Assembly (NCBI RefSeq): GCF_006345805.1
Contig: NC_043016.1
Location: 9,238,001-9,302,000, forward strand
From: Octopus sinensis
Lineage: Eukaryota
Direction of reading: 5' to 3'
DNA length: 64,000 nucleotides
Positions 1 to 11,039 of the stretch are shown here, one piece after another. The notes beneath the pieces are model-generated. The model saw nothing but the letters and a program-made list of their open reading frames with translations, had not been told where the DNA came from and searched no databases. Made by a program: the position numbers and the translations under genes. How positions within the stretch are numbered: position 1 is the first letter of the stretch; every line of letters begins with the position of its first letter.

Positions 1-554
1 ACAGCAATTTTACATTTTCCAGATGCCTTTAGCTAGGCCGAAATAATGTCTTCACTTGACCTTTTCTAACCTCTTCTACTTCACTAAAAGCTAGAATAGA
101 GATAACAAGACCACCAACTAAATCTATTGTTTTCAATGATATATCTATCCTTCTAGATAGTTATAAAAGCAAGCATACCCCAAGCAAAAATCAGTTCGTC
201 ACAGTCGGTGATGACTCAACGAAGTCTGGCTGACCAGCTAGAACCTTGGTCAAAGGGAGAAAGCAACTGTGAGACAACACCCTACAATTCTCTCTAGCTC
301 TAATTCTGTTCTCTTACAACATCAGCCTAAAGGAAAATAGGATAAGTAACACAATGAATGACCCTTCATCAGTCATCAGCTGTCTATCCACTCTTCATTT
401 CAAGCATTCAACGACAATATGAGTCTTCAAAGTAGTTGCTCCCATATATATATATATTCTTTTATTTGTTTCAGTCATTTGACTGTGGCTATGCTGGAGT
501 ACAGCTTTTTGCAGAACAAATTGACCCCAGGTAATGGTGGCGGGACAAACACAG

Positions 555-585
<31 letters not shown>

Positions 586-1160
586 CGATGGGCTTCTTTC
601 AGTTTCCACCTACCAGATCCACTCACATGGTTTTGGTTGGCCAGGAGGCTATAATAGAAGATACTTACCCAAGGTGCTACGCAGTGGGACGGAACCCGGG
701 ACCATGTGCTTACAAGCAAGCTTCTTACCACACAGGCACTTCTACACGTATGTATGTATGTATGTATGTATGTGTGTGTATGTATGTATGTATATTTGTA
801 TGTATGCATGCATGTATGTATGTATGCATGTATGTATGTATGCATAAGCAACCGTGAGACAACACCCTACAATTCTCTCTAGCTCTAATTCTGTTCTCTT
901 ACAACATCAGCCTATCTCTCTCAGCAATTATTACTACTACTAAACAATGAAGAGAACACAAACACATACTTTACTTTGCACGCTTTGGGATGTATCATTA
1001 ACCTGCTCCTTGAGGCAAGGTATTGTAGCGTAACGGTAAATAAATACTTTCTTAAAACTTCATGCATGATTCATCTCCCTCATCTAACAGCATGCAATTA
1101 TAACAACAAATCTTTATCGTTACAATTGCTGACTTCGACATCCTCATAATATCGTTTACA
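1..1160 (+). mobile_element. Solo/partial LTR (same family as 13596-14337), interrupted by an insert at 330-845
   Basis: 1-329 and 846-1160 align with 13700-14337; ends ...TTTACA. Confidence 0.6.
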
Positions 1161-1194
1161 ATTCAATTTTAACCATTACATATATATATACACA

Positions 1195-1517
1195 AAGATA
1201 CAGAAATAAATATTTTTATTCTCAAACGTGTGATAATGCTAATAAAATAGCATGAACAGGATAAATTATCCATACATTGCAGAAAAATATGTCACAGGCC
1301 AGCCATGAGACTTGAACTCACATCCCTGTGATTATGCATCAAGTGCTTTACTATTAAGCTAAACTGCCCAGTAACAAATTTTTCTGCAATTTTAGAACTT
1401 ATAAATTTAGCTTCATAAGAACAAACATCAAAGTCGCGTATGGATAATTTATCCTATTCACACTATTTTATTACCATTATCACACATTTGAGAATTAAAA
1501 AATTATTTCTGTATCTT
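1195..1517 (-). mobile_element. Fold-back element: inverted arms enclosing a degenerate tRNA(Met)-like core (1297-1370)
   Basis: Outer arms 1195-1275/1438-1517 and inner arms 1276-1295/1371-1390 are reverse complements. The core on - reads GGCAGTTTAGCTTAATAGTAAAGCAC..TGCATAATCA..GTGAGTTCAAGTCTCA (A box, CAT anticodon-like loop, B box). Confidence 0.6.
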
Positions 1518-1835
1518 CTAAAACAAATTTTGCTTACTTTCGTCATAAGTTGACTATATATATATATATATATATATGGATCTTCTACTACCATGTTCCT
1601 AATGATGAAATTAACCTCTCTCTATATATATCTACCCTCTTTGTAATGTTGGCAAATGAAATAAGTATAAAAATGTACATTGTCCATTTAATTTTAAAAA
1701 ATTCTATATGTGACTGAAGATTGCTCTACATTTTAAAACTGATGTAACACTTACATTGTTTAATAGAATGAAGTAGCATGAAACGATTGTACTACACTAC
1801 CTTGGATATCCTTGTTGCTCATTTTGATTATATAT

Positions 1836-1887
<52 letters not shown>

Positions 1888-2204
1888 GCTGTTGATGTAT
1901 TCTACCTGGTTTTTTCCACATAATATATACTGTGAACCGCGTGATGCACATATTGTTTTACTGGTATTATTGTTATTAATAATAATAATAATAATATTAG
2001 TAACAATAGTGGTAACGGTAATAATAATGATAGTAATATTAATGGCATTTTGTAACTTAATATAATGAACTCTTGACTTTGTATGTGTACATTTGCATAT
2101 AGATATGTGTATGTTTGTATATTGTAATATTTTAATATATTGATTTGACTAACTGTAACCTTGAATATAGAATATATGTATGTATATCATTATATATTAT
2201 TATG

Positions 2205-2239
<35 letters not shown>

Positions 2240-2350
2240 GAGCATGGGTATAGGCATTCATATGTATGTGTATATTATATATTATGGGTATGTACCCACT
2301 CATGTATGGGTGTACCTCCTCTGATATTCATGTTTAGATTGTACTTTATA

Positions 2351-2477
2351 ATCTCTGAAGAGACCTTGGGATATTTTTGTAAGTGTCTCATTTGTAACCA
2401 CATATTAACTTATCACACCTGGCTAATATGAGCATAATGAGACACCCATATCTGCATGGCCGAAACAGCTGTAAGAT
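2351..2477 (+). ncRNA. Type I hammerhead ribozyme motif with extended stem II (Penelope-like/retrozyme context)
   Basis: ATCT-CTGAAGA-GACC...GGCC-GAAAC-AGCT-GTA-AGAT: stem I 2351-54/2474-77, core 2355-61, GAAA 2462-65, 2-bp stem III with palindromic loop, cleavage triplet GUA 2471-73. Confidence 0.7.
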
Positions 2478-4870
2478 GTAGTTTATATTTATATTTATAT
2501 TTATATTTATTTATATTTCCTTATACATATTGTACTTATTGTATAATATTACTCATTGATGTGCATTGTTTTGTTCTGTACTATTATGTTTGACCTTGAT
2601 GTTCATATGTAGTGGGTTAATAAATTATGTGATTGGGTATTATCTAGTAGTTGATTATTGATTAAGGTGTATTTCTCCATTTTCTTATTTTGTATTATTA
2701 ATTTGTGGTAAAACATTTTACAGGGTTTCCATGTTTTTAAAAATAATGTTGAAGGATTCCACGGCAAAAAAAAAAAATGTTTGGGAACCACTGATCTAGC
2801 GAATAACTAAATGATTTTAGGCTTACTCAAGTCATGCCTCTCTACAAATTCATACAGCCAGCGCCACCTTGACTGGCAGTCGATGCCAGCGCCACCTTGA
2901 CTGGCGGTCGATGCCAGCGCCACCTTGACTGGCTTCTGTGCCAGTGGCACATAAAAAGCACCAACCGATCATGGCCGTTGCCAGCCCCCCCCCCCCAGCA
3001 CGTAAAAAGCACCCACTACACTCGCGGAGTGGTTGGCGTTAGAAAGGGCATCAAGCTGTAAAAACACTGCCAGATCAGACTGGAGCCTGGTGCAGCCTCC
3101 TGGCTTCCCAGACCCTGGTCAAACCATCCAACCCATGCTAGCATGGAAAATGAACGTTAAACGATGATGATGATGATGATGGTGTTTGCTGTTGTTTGCT
3201 GATAGTTCCATCTGTGGAATACATTTCCCATCATGTAAACAGACAAGCATATGACACATGTGTTTATTGTATTTGGAGATGAGGAAAATATAAAGGTCAC
3301 ATGGGAACCACTGATCTAGTGATTACTTGAATGTTTTTAGGCTTATCAAATTCATGCCTTTGTACAAATTCAGACAGTGGCGTTTGCTAGTGTTTCTCAC
3401 CATGTAAACAACGAGTTATGATGCATGTGTTTATTTTGCTTGAAGATATATGCAGGCTACACATCGCTGGTCACAATGCGTTCGCATTGTTTTAGCCTTC
3501 AAATGACGCCACTCCGCTGGCTAAGCGAGCAGGCCAACAGAAGAAAGAGTGAGAGAAAGTTTTGGCGAAAGAGTACAGCAGGGATCGCCACCAACCCCTG
3601 CCGGAGCCTTGTGGAGCTTTAGGTGTTTTCACTCAATAAACACTCACAACGCCCGGTCTGGGAATCGAAACAGCGATCCTACAACCGCGAGTCCGCTGCC
3701 CTAACCACTGGGCCATTGCGCCATACTATATATTATTATATTAAATTAGAGATAAAACCACTATTAGGCAAATCAAATAGTGAAAAACATAAACCAATAC
3801 ATAGAAATAAAATTAATTAATAATAAATATATAAAATATAAAATTCAAAATTTTGAATATTTAAATTAAAGTTAAAATTTTTAAAATTATTTAAATCAGT
3901 AATTTATACTCATATCAGTCTTGTCAACCACGTCTGCTCCCATAAGAATCTATTGTGCCAGAGGGGCAGGAATGTCTTGAATCGATGCTGTCATCACCTT
4001 TGATGGGTTGTCATAAGCAAGAGCAGGCAAGTCATATATCAGTCAATCATCCCTGCCTCCTCATATTGTCTTCTCCATCATGATACCACTTTTTTCTCTT
4101 TCTATTCAGAACCATTTCACTTGTAAGTCATTCTTCATCCTTTAGTGTTGTTTTCCACTCCTACATATTACAGTGGCCAACCCCCAGGGTAGTAGGAATC
4201 CTACTCCATTAGGCCCAAAATCATTTCTTTATGAATGCAAGCCTAGATTTTTGTGTAAATGCAAAAGATTTTTTAATGTCAGAAGACACAAAAAATTGTG
4301 ACAATCTTTGGTTTTGAAGTACAAACCCAGGTAAAAAGTCTCAGGAAAAAATCACGGGCATTGCTATGAGGTAAGAAGTTTGCTTTCCATACTCATGGTT
4401 ATGGGTTCAGTCCCACAGAATAGCACTTGGGGCAAACGTCTTCGATTATAATCCCAGGCCAACCCAAGCCTTTTGAATGAATTCGGCAGATGAAAACTGT
4501 AAGGATGCTCAAGTGTTTATACAAACATACATACATACATGCATACGCACACATACATACATACATACACACACACATACATACACACACACACATACAT
4601 ATGTACGTACATACATACATACATGCAAACACACATACATACATGCATACATGCATACACACACACACATTGGCTCAGATTTCAAATCAGATCAGAAGAC
4701 AAGTGCTTTTTACATCCAGTTGTTTGACATCAATGAAAAATAGCAAACAAGGTTTGTATAGAGACGTTTATTGTTGTATTTGTAATGTTTGTTGTTACTG
4801 TTTTTGTTGTTGCTGTTTTTATGGCTGTCTGTAAGTGTTCATGTGTATAAGATAGGGTAGACTACTGACC

Positions 4871-5713
4871 ACATATATACATACATACATACATACATAC
4901 AGGCATACATACGTATACATACATACCTACATGCATACATACATACATACATACATGCATACATACATACATATGTACATACATGCATACATACATATGT
5001 ACATACATACATACATATGTACATACATACATATATATATACATACATACAGGCATACATACGTATACATACATACAGGCATACATACATACATACATGC
5101 ATACATACATACATACGTACGTACGTACATACATACATACATACATACATATATACATACATACTTACATACATATATACATACATACCTACATACAGAC
5201 ATACATACGCACATACATATATACATACATACATAAATAGATACATACATACATACATACATATATACATACATACATACCTACATACATATATACATAC
5301 ATACCTACATACATACCTACATACAGGCATACATACACACATACATATATACATACATAAATAGATAGATACATACATACATACACACATACATACGCAC
5401 ATACATACATATATACATACATACATACCTACATACATACACACATACCTACATACATACCTACATACATATATACATACATACATACCTACATACATAT
5501 ATACATACCTACATACAGACATACATACGCACATACATATATACATACATACATAAATAGATACATACATACATACACACATACATATATACATACATAC
5601 CTACATACATATATACATACATACATACCTACATACATACCTACATACATACATACATACATACATACGCACATACATACGCACATACATACATATATAC
5701 ATACATACATACA
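4871..5713. repeat. About 840-bp degenerate (CATA)n/(TATG)n microsatellite
   Basis: Directly visible; source of the many YVCM/HTYI pseudo-ORFs. Confidence 0.98.
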
Positions 5714-6900
5714 TTATGGCTTCCCCCTCATTATCGCGTATGGCCATTGCACAAAGCTTAACTGTTATTGGTGCTGTGATCGAATGTGACTTTTTAGACC
5801 AGCTAAAGATCTACAATGTCTTGTACAGAATGGCAGCTAAAACCTTTACCAGCCAATAGCCGGCTGTAGTTGTAATTGGGCTTCATGTACCTTTGCATGT
5901 CGTTTAAGTACTCCTGCCGAATTACACTCTCTTCCACATGCCCGACAAATATGATTAGTATGGTGTGTTACACCACCACCAGTGGCCAGGTTGTCACTCA
6001 TCTGTCTCATTTTATGACTACGAAGATGACTCATGAGTCCAGCTTTACTGAGGCAGGGTCTTGCACAGGCATTGCATGTCAGCATCAAAAGAAGACCTTT
6101 CCCATCTGGAAGTGTAACAGCGATGCCCTTCCTCACATCCCTCCTTACTTTCTCATGTGCAACTCAAGATTTCTCAAAAGTGGCTGTCCCCTCGTGCACA
6201 ATCCTTCTCCACCTGCTACGATCAATAGCTATGCCTTCCCATGAGTCAGGAGAGATGCAAGCATCTCTTAAGGAAGCCTTCAGCAAGTCCTTATACCTCT
6301 TTTTTGGTTTATGTGGAGGTCGTTCTCCTTTAGCTAACTCTCCATAAAAGAGTTGTTTTGGCATCCTTGAATCCTGCATCCTGACCACTCCATCTGAACC
6401 TTTGCTTTAACACAAGAGCTTCTATACTTTCACACCGAAAGTATACTATTGTCATATTAGAGCAGATGCACCATCTTATCATTTGGATTCTCTTGACAGG
6501 GTTCAGAAGTAAGTCTCTAATTTGATTGGTCCCTTCCTTGCTTTGACTCTCCAACCCTTGTCATATTGACACTCACAGTGTCTTCATCCAAAAGCTGTTG
6601 TGCTTCCTCAAATAAGGAAGTCTTGCTACAATTGTAGCTTTTTTTCCTTAAACACCCAGACTTTGTGACTCTCTTCTATCTCATTGTTTCCCCCCCCCCC
6701 TTCTTATGGCCTGAACTCTGTCAAGTCTGAGGATAAGTACATTCCTTTCATCTTATTTTTCTTATTTTTCATTTTCCTTACACTAAGTGGCTTCTCACTT
6801 GTTTAAGACTTTCTGATGAATGAAAAAAATGGGAAAGTCACTGAAAAACTTGTGTTTCTCAACAGGAGAACCACCACATGACTGTGGCAGAATTTCTTTG
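5714..6900 (-). mobile_element. RTE-clade LINE 3' fragment with three C-terminal C2H2 zinc fingers and a (TATG)n tail
   Basis: SIEALVLKQRFRWSG(H)..RMQDSRMPKQLFYGELAKGERPPHKPKKRYKD..WEGIAIDRSRWR, then CNAC..HLRSH, CRAC..HAKVH, C(P)FC..HIRSQH; stop at 5765; short UTR runs into the microsatellite; several frameshifts. Confidence 0.88.
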
Positions 6901-7014
6901 TGGTGTTGACTGGAATAGTTGTCTTTAGTCATCAACCTTAAAAATACTGAATATAACTGTAACTGTAATACCATGATACAATGTAAAGTGTTTTCAATCT
7001 ATACATGTCAAGTA

Positions 7015-7383
7015 TCTCTATATATATATAAACGGCAAAATATCTGTGTGTGTGTGTCCTTTATACAAATTCACAATTTTTCAGTTAGAGGGCTCGCACT
7101 TTCTATGGTCATTCAAAACTGTCCAAGGGTGGTCATGCACATCTTTACATTTCCCCAGTAACCCCGCAAAGCCATTAAAAAAATCAATAGAAGTTACTTT
7201 TTTCTGAATTTTCTGTCCAAAACCCAATCAAAATGCCCGAAACTTGATATGCTAATTGAATGCCAGCTAGCTGTATGTGATTGGTCAGAGATTTGGACAG
7301 TACTCACGTGTATGTGCGCTCGCACGCAGCTGTGTATGCATGCACTAGCACTATGACCCTGCAACACCGGGTCATAGTGCTAG
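7015..7383 (+). mobile_element. Non-autonomous Helitron, family H1
   Basis: A|TC 5' end, CTAG|T 3' end, terminal hairpin; second copy at 49751-50110. Confidence 0.85.
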
Positions 7384-7719
7384 TTATTTAATAACTGATT
7401 GGTTTATATTTCTTTGTCTTTGCTTATGAAATTGAATAAAATATTGTCTTTTCACATGTGTGATGTCATCAGATATAAATTGTGTACAAGTCATGTTTTG
7501 TCAGTCAATAACTGATTTTAAGTATTTTTGTTTTATTACTTTAATTGTTTATATAGTTTTTTTAATAAAATGTGCAATTTTTTCTGTGACTTTTTTTTTC
7601 TAGAAACCTTTTTAATACTCTGAAATTCCCTTCAACAGGAGCAGCAGCTGCCCTAAGATTGTGAGTTGTTGTTGTTCATCTGTGTGGGAGAGGTCCTTTG
7701 TTACCAGCAAAGGTAGCCC

Positions 7720-7900
7720 AGCCTGTTCTTATTCCAGGAGCTATGCAGTCAGAACTACCACCTTCACTACTAACTCGGTCAGCTAAACATTTCTCCAGCT
7801 TGTCTTGAGGTGGATCTGCAAGCTGTTAAGAAATGGGGTGGGAAGTGGTCATTAACGTCTCTCCAACAGACGCCTGTCATATTGAACTATTCTGATGTCT
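7720..7900 (+). mobile_element. Degenerate CR1/L2 RT fragment
   Basis: LEVDLQAVKKWGGKW resembles the LQxDLxxLxxWxxxW motif downstream of YADD. Confidence 0.45.
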
Positions 7901-7939
7901 TGCAAACAACTTGCACATGCAAGTGCTACCAGTCAAAAA

Positions 7940-8456
7940 CTCCACATACCGGAAGCCAGCAAGTGTATGGGGTCATCAGGAGAGAATGTGCGCCGTTTCG
8001 GGGCAGACTTCTCGACAGCATCAATGCGCACAAGCCCCCCTCACTGATATGAGGCCCCGCTTGCTAGATCAGCTGGTTATCAAATAAAGCTCAATATTCT
8101 TCTAGCCATTGCTCATCGTCTCTTTTTAATCAAATCCAGTGGCTAACCTTCTCCACTGTAGTTTGGATATCGGTCATGGTGGTATTGACTTTACGATGAG
8201 TTAGGCCTAACGATAACAACAGTCGTCTCACACTAGGCCTAACGATAACAACAGTCGTCTCACACTGTGTCCAACGAACCCTCTACATCCGACTTCGATT
8301 GGAAAATATTCTGCTTTCCAGTCTTCACATTCGTCAAGGAGGTTTACATAACGGTCAAACTTTTGAGTCCGAGCGGCGTCCATATTGTCTTCATGAGGAA
8401 CCGTTAACTCGACTAGATTTACAACTTTCCTTCTTTCACACCACATCAAAGTCATT
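7940..8456 (-). mobile_element. R2-superfamily (RLE-type, HERO-like) LINE 3' end: restriction-like endonuclease domain plus 3' UTR
   Basis: LVELTVPHEDN..KFDRY..L..PIEVGCRGFVGHSVRRLLLSLG...EKVSHWI*LKRDD; broken by a 32-bp tandem duplication (8202-8233/8234-8265). Confidence 0.85.
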
Positions 8457-8987
8457 TACTATTCTATAATTTTTAAAGTATCAAGCTAGCAGAATCCCTA
8501 ACACCCCAGAATAAAACGTTTCATGGCATGTCTTCTGTTTTTACATTCAGGATTCAAATCTAGCCACGGTCAACCTTGCCTTTCATCTTTTCAAAGTCGA
8601 TAAAATAAGTATCAGTGGAACACTGGGGTCGATATAATTGACTAACCCCCGTCCTTCACATTTTTAGGCCTTAGGATTATTTGATATTACAATTTAATAA
8701 ATAAGTCAGCATGACCTAAAAACAATATTACTTTTTGACGCTATCATTTTTGTTTTGTGTCCTATTTTAATTCCAATCATATCAAGTTTCATAACCTTAA
8801 CATTTGATCAGTAATATATTCTATTGGTACCAGAAGGATGAAAGGCAAAGTTAGCCAAAGAATTTGTACTCAGATGTGACTAAAACTCCTCAGATATTTT
8901 TGAAATTCTATTATCCAACCAATGGTGATTTGTGGATGCCTCTATATGCTTGAATTATAATTAAAATACATGTATATACTGTTGTGT

Positions 8988-9280
8988 GTGGGAAGAGTAA
9001 TTTTCTTTTTATGCCTTATAATTTAACACACTCACCAGTAAAATTTCCACTTATTTCTTATTTTATTTTCTAAAATTTTCGTTGCATCTTGCAACCTTTT
9101 CAATAGTCTAGCAAGACGCAATGAAAATTTTAGGAAAATAAAAATAAGGAATAAGTGGAAATTTTACCAGTGACTGTGTTAAATTATAAGGCACTAAAAG
9201 AGAATGACTCTCCCCAGATACAACAGAATATGCTTCAACACACGAACTCACATAAAGAATCTTGCAAACCAAATCCAAAA
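8988..9280. repeat. Palindromic (fold-back) repeat family F
   Basis: Arms of about 107 bp around spacer CCTTTTCAATAGTC (9095-9108); same arrangement at 47210-47505; single arm at 36421-36609. Confidence 0.8.
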
Positions 9281-9813
9281 ACGAAATACATGTATATAGA
9301 TATATTTTAAAATTTATCAATGTGATTTTAATTTATATGCAGATGACCAAAAGCCAAAAAATATATGTATATTTCTTTTTTTTTTATTAGCTTGTAGCAG
9401 AGGCAACAGAATGATTCAAGGTCTGAAAGTTTTGTGCGTTGGCACTTATGAAATCGGTTACAGGTTGAAGAGCTGTGTTCTTATATAGGTGATGAGAATT
9501 ACATTTTCCTCTGAATTGTTCTAGATTGAATTTTAGAATGTCTTGTGGATAATTCCAATTTTTTAAATAGTTTGCCCATTATGTCGTTCAATAAGTAAAG
9601 AAAGAAAGAAAGAAAGAAGGAGGGAAAGAAGGAAGGAAGAAAAGAAAGAAAGAAAGAAAGAAGAAAGAAGGAAAGAAAGAAAGAAAGAAGAAGGAAGGAA
9701 GGAAAGAAATAAAGAAACCATGTGCATTATCTTCACACACCCACACACATACAAAACCCAAAAATTTTTGTCCTTTTTCAGGAACAGTTTGACATATTGC
9801 TGAAAAGTCAATA

Positions 9814-10236
9814 GTGCGCAGGATTGGCTGTGTGGTAAGTAGCTTGCTTACCAACCACATGGTTCCAGGTTCAGTCCCACTGCATGGCACCTTGGGCAAG
9901 TGTCTTCTACTATAGCCTCGGGTCGACCAGAGCCTTGTGAGTGGATTCGGTAGATGGAAACTGAAAGAAGCCCGTCATATATATGTATATATATATATGT
10001 ACGTGTGTGTATATGTTTGTGTCTGTGTTTGTCCACCCACTTCCAACATCGCTTGACAACCGATGTTGGTGTATTTACATCCCTGTAACTTAGCTGTTCG
10101 GCAAAAGAGACCGATAGAATAAGTACTAGGCTTACAAAGAATAAGTCCTGGGGTCAATTTGCTTGACTAAAGGCGTTGCTCCAGCATGGCTGCAGTCAAA
10201 TGACTGAAACAAGTAAAAGAGTAAAGAGTAAAGAGA
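9814..10236 (+). mobile_element. tRNA-derived CORE-type SINE (OR2-like), full length
   Basis: A/B boxes (GGCTGTGTGGTAAG; GGTTCAGTCCC), CORE-like CACCTTGGGCAAG, central (TA)/(TG), tail TGACTGAAACAAGTAAAAGAG. Other copies near 15325-15706, 27943-28335, 42751-43306, 55092-55500, 56180-56525, 61925-62345 (+) and 48484-48920, 56680-57060 (-). Confidence 0.85.
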
Positions 10237-10706
10237 GTGTTGGAGAGCATAAAGATTAAGAAACAGTTAATTAACATAGCAGACTAGAAGCTATCTGGAT
10301 ATTGCAAAAGAGTTACCTATCATATGGTGCTGGTGCCGTGCTGGTGGCACGTAAAGGCACCCACTACACTCTCTGAGTGGTTGGCGTTAGGAAGGGCATC
10401 CAGCTGTAGAAACTCTGCCAAATCAAGATTGGAGCCTGGTGCAGCCATCTGGTTCGCCAGTCCTCAGTCAAAATCGTCCAACCCATGATAGCATGGAAAG
10501 TGGACGTTAAACGATGATGATGATGATGATCTCCTAAGTTCTAAACTATCATAGATTTGACACTCTCACAACCTCAATGACCAAAAAAAAGCCCAGTAGT
10601 TTCAAACATCCAATATGCATTTAATATGATAAACAACACAAATTCTATATTCATTATTTATATTATTTACATTTGATGGATATTTGTCCTCATCTTGTTT
10701 GTTGTT

Positions 10707-10756
10707 AACACAAACATTTCTGCTGATATACTCTCCAGCCTTCTTCATCAGGTGTC
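10707..10756 (-). ncRNA. Degenerate minimal hammerhead ribozyme motif in a short PLE-like repeat
   Basis: Minus strand: ACAC-CTGATGA-agaa-GGCTG..CAGC(A)-GAAA-TGTT-TGTGT; cores intact, stem II/III carry substitutions. Confidence 0.5.
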
Positions 10757-10824
10757 TTGGGGAAATCTTGAACCTGGGTTCTCATTCCTAAGGTATTTTT
10801 CAATGTTGTTGTTGTTGTTGTTGC

Positions 10825-11039
10825 TGTTGACAAATACATTCTATGCGAAACCAAGTGTTGACATTGTGTTCTGCTGTTTGTACCAATACTTTTGGATGGT
10901 CTCCAGCAGCTTGAATGGTGTCTTTTACGTGCCACCGGCACGGAGGCCAGATAGCCACCGGAGACCATCCAAAAGTATTGGTACAAACAGCAGAACACAA
11001 TGTCAACACTTGGTTTCGCATAGAATGTATTTGTCAACA
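10825..11039. repeat. Perfect 80-bp inverted repeat with a 55-bp spacer
   Basis: 10825-10904 is the exact reverse complement of 10960-11039. Confidence 0.97.

Noticed and set aside
1705-1750. CTGAAGA...AAAAC-TGAT-GTA hammerhead-like remnant
   Set aside because: GAAA core and stem II are destroyed; at best a dead relic. Same for a remnant near 14530-14560 (-).
419-5710. Many long ORFs rich in YVCM/HTYI
   Set aside because: Translations of (CATA)n/(TATG)n and (TA)n microsatellites and SINE pieces; no coding signal.
7950-8070. GAAAC...CTGATGA on - in the RLE-LINE 3' UTR (permuted hammerhead?)
   Set aside because: Sequences that should form stem II (GCCCC before GAAA, CCCC after CUGAUGA) are not complementary.
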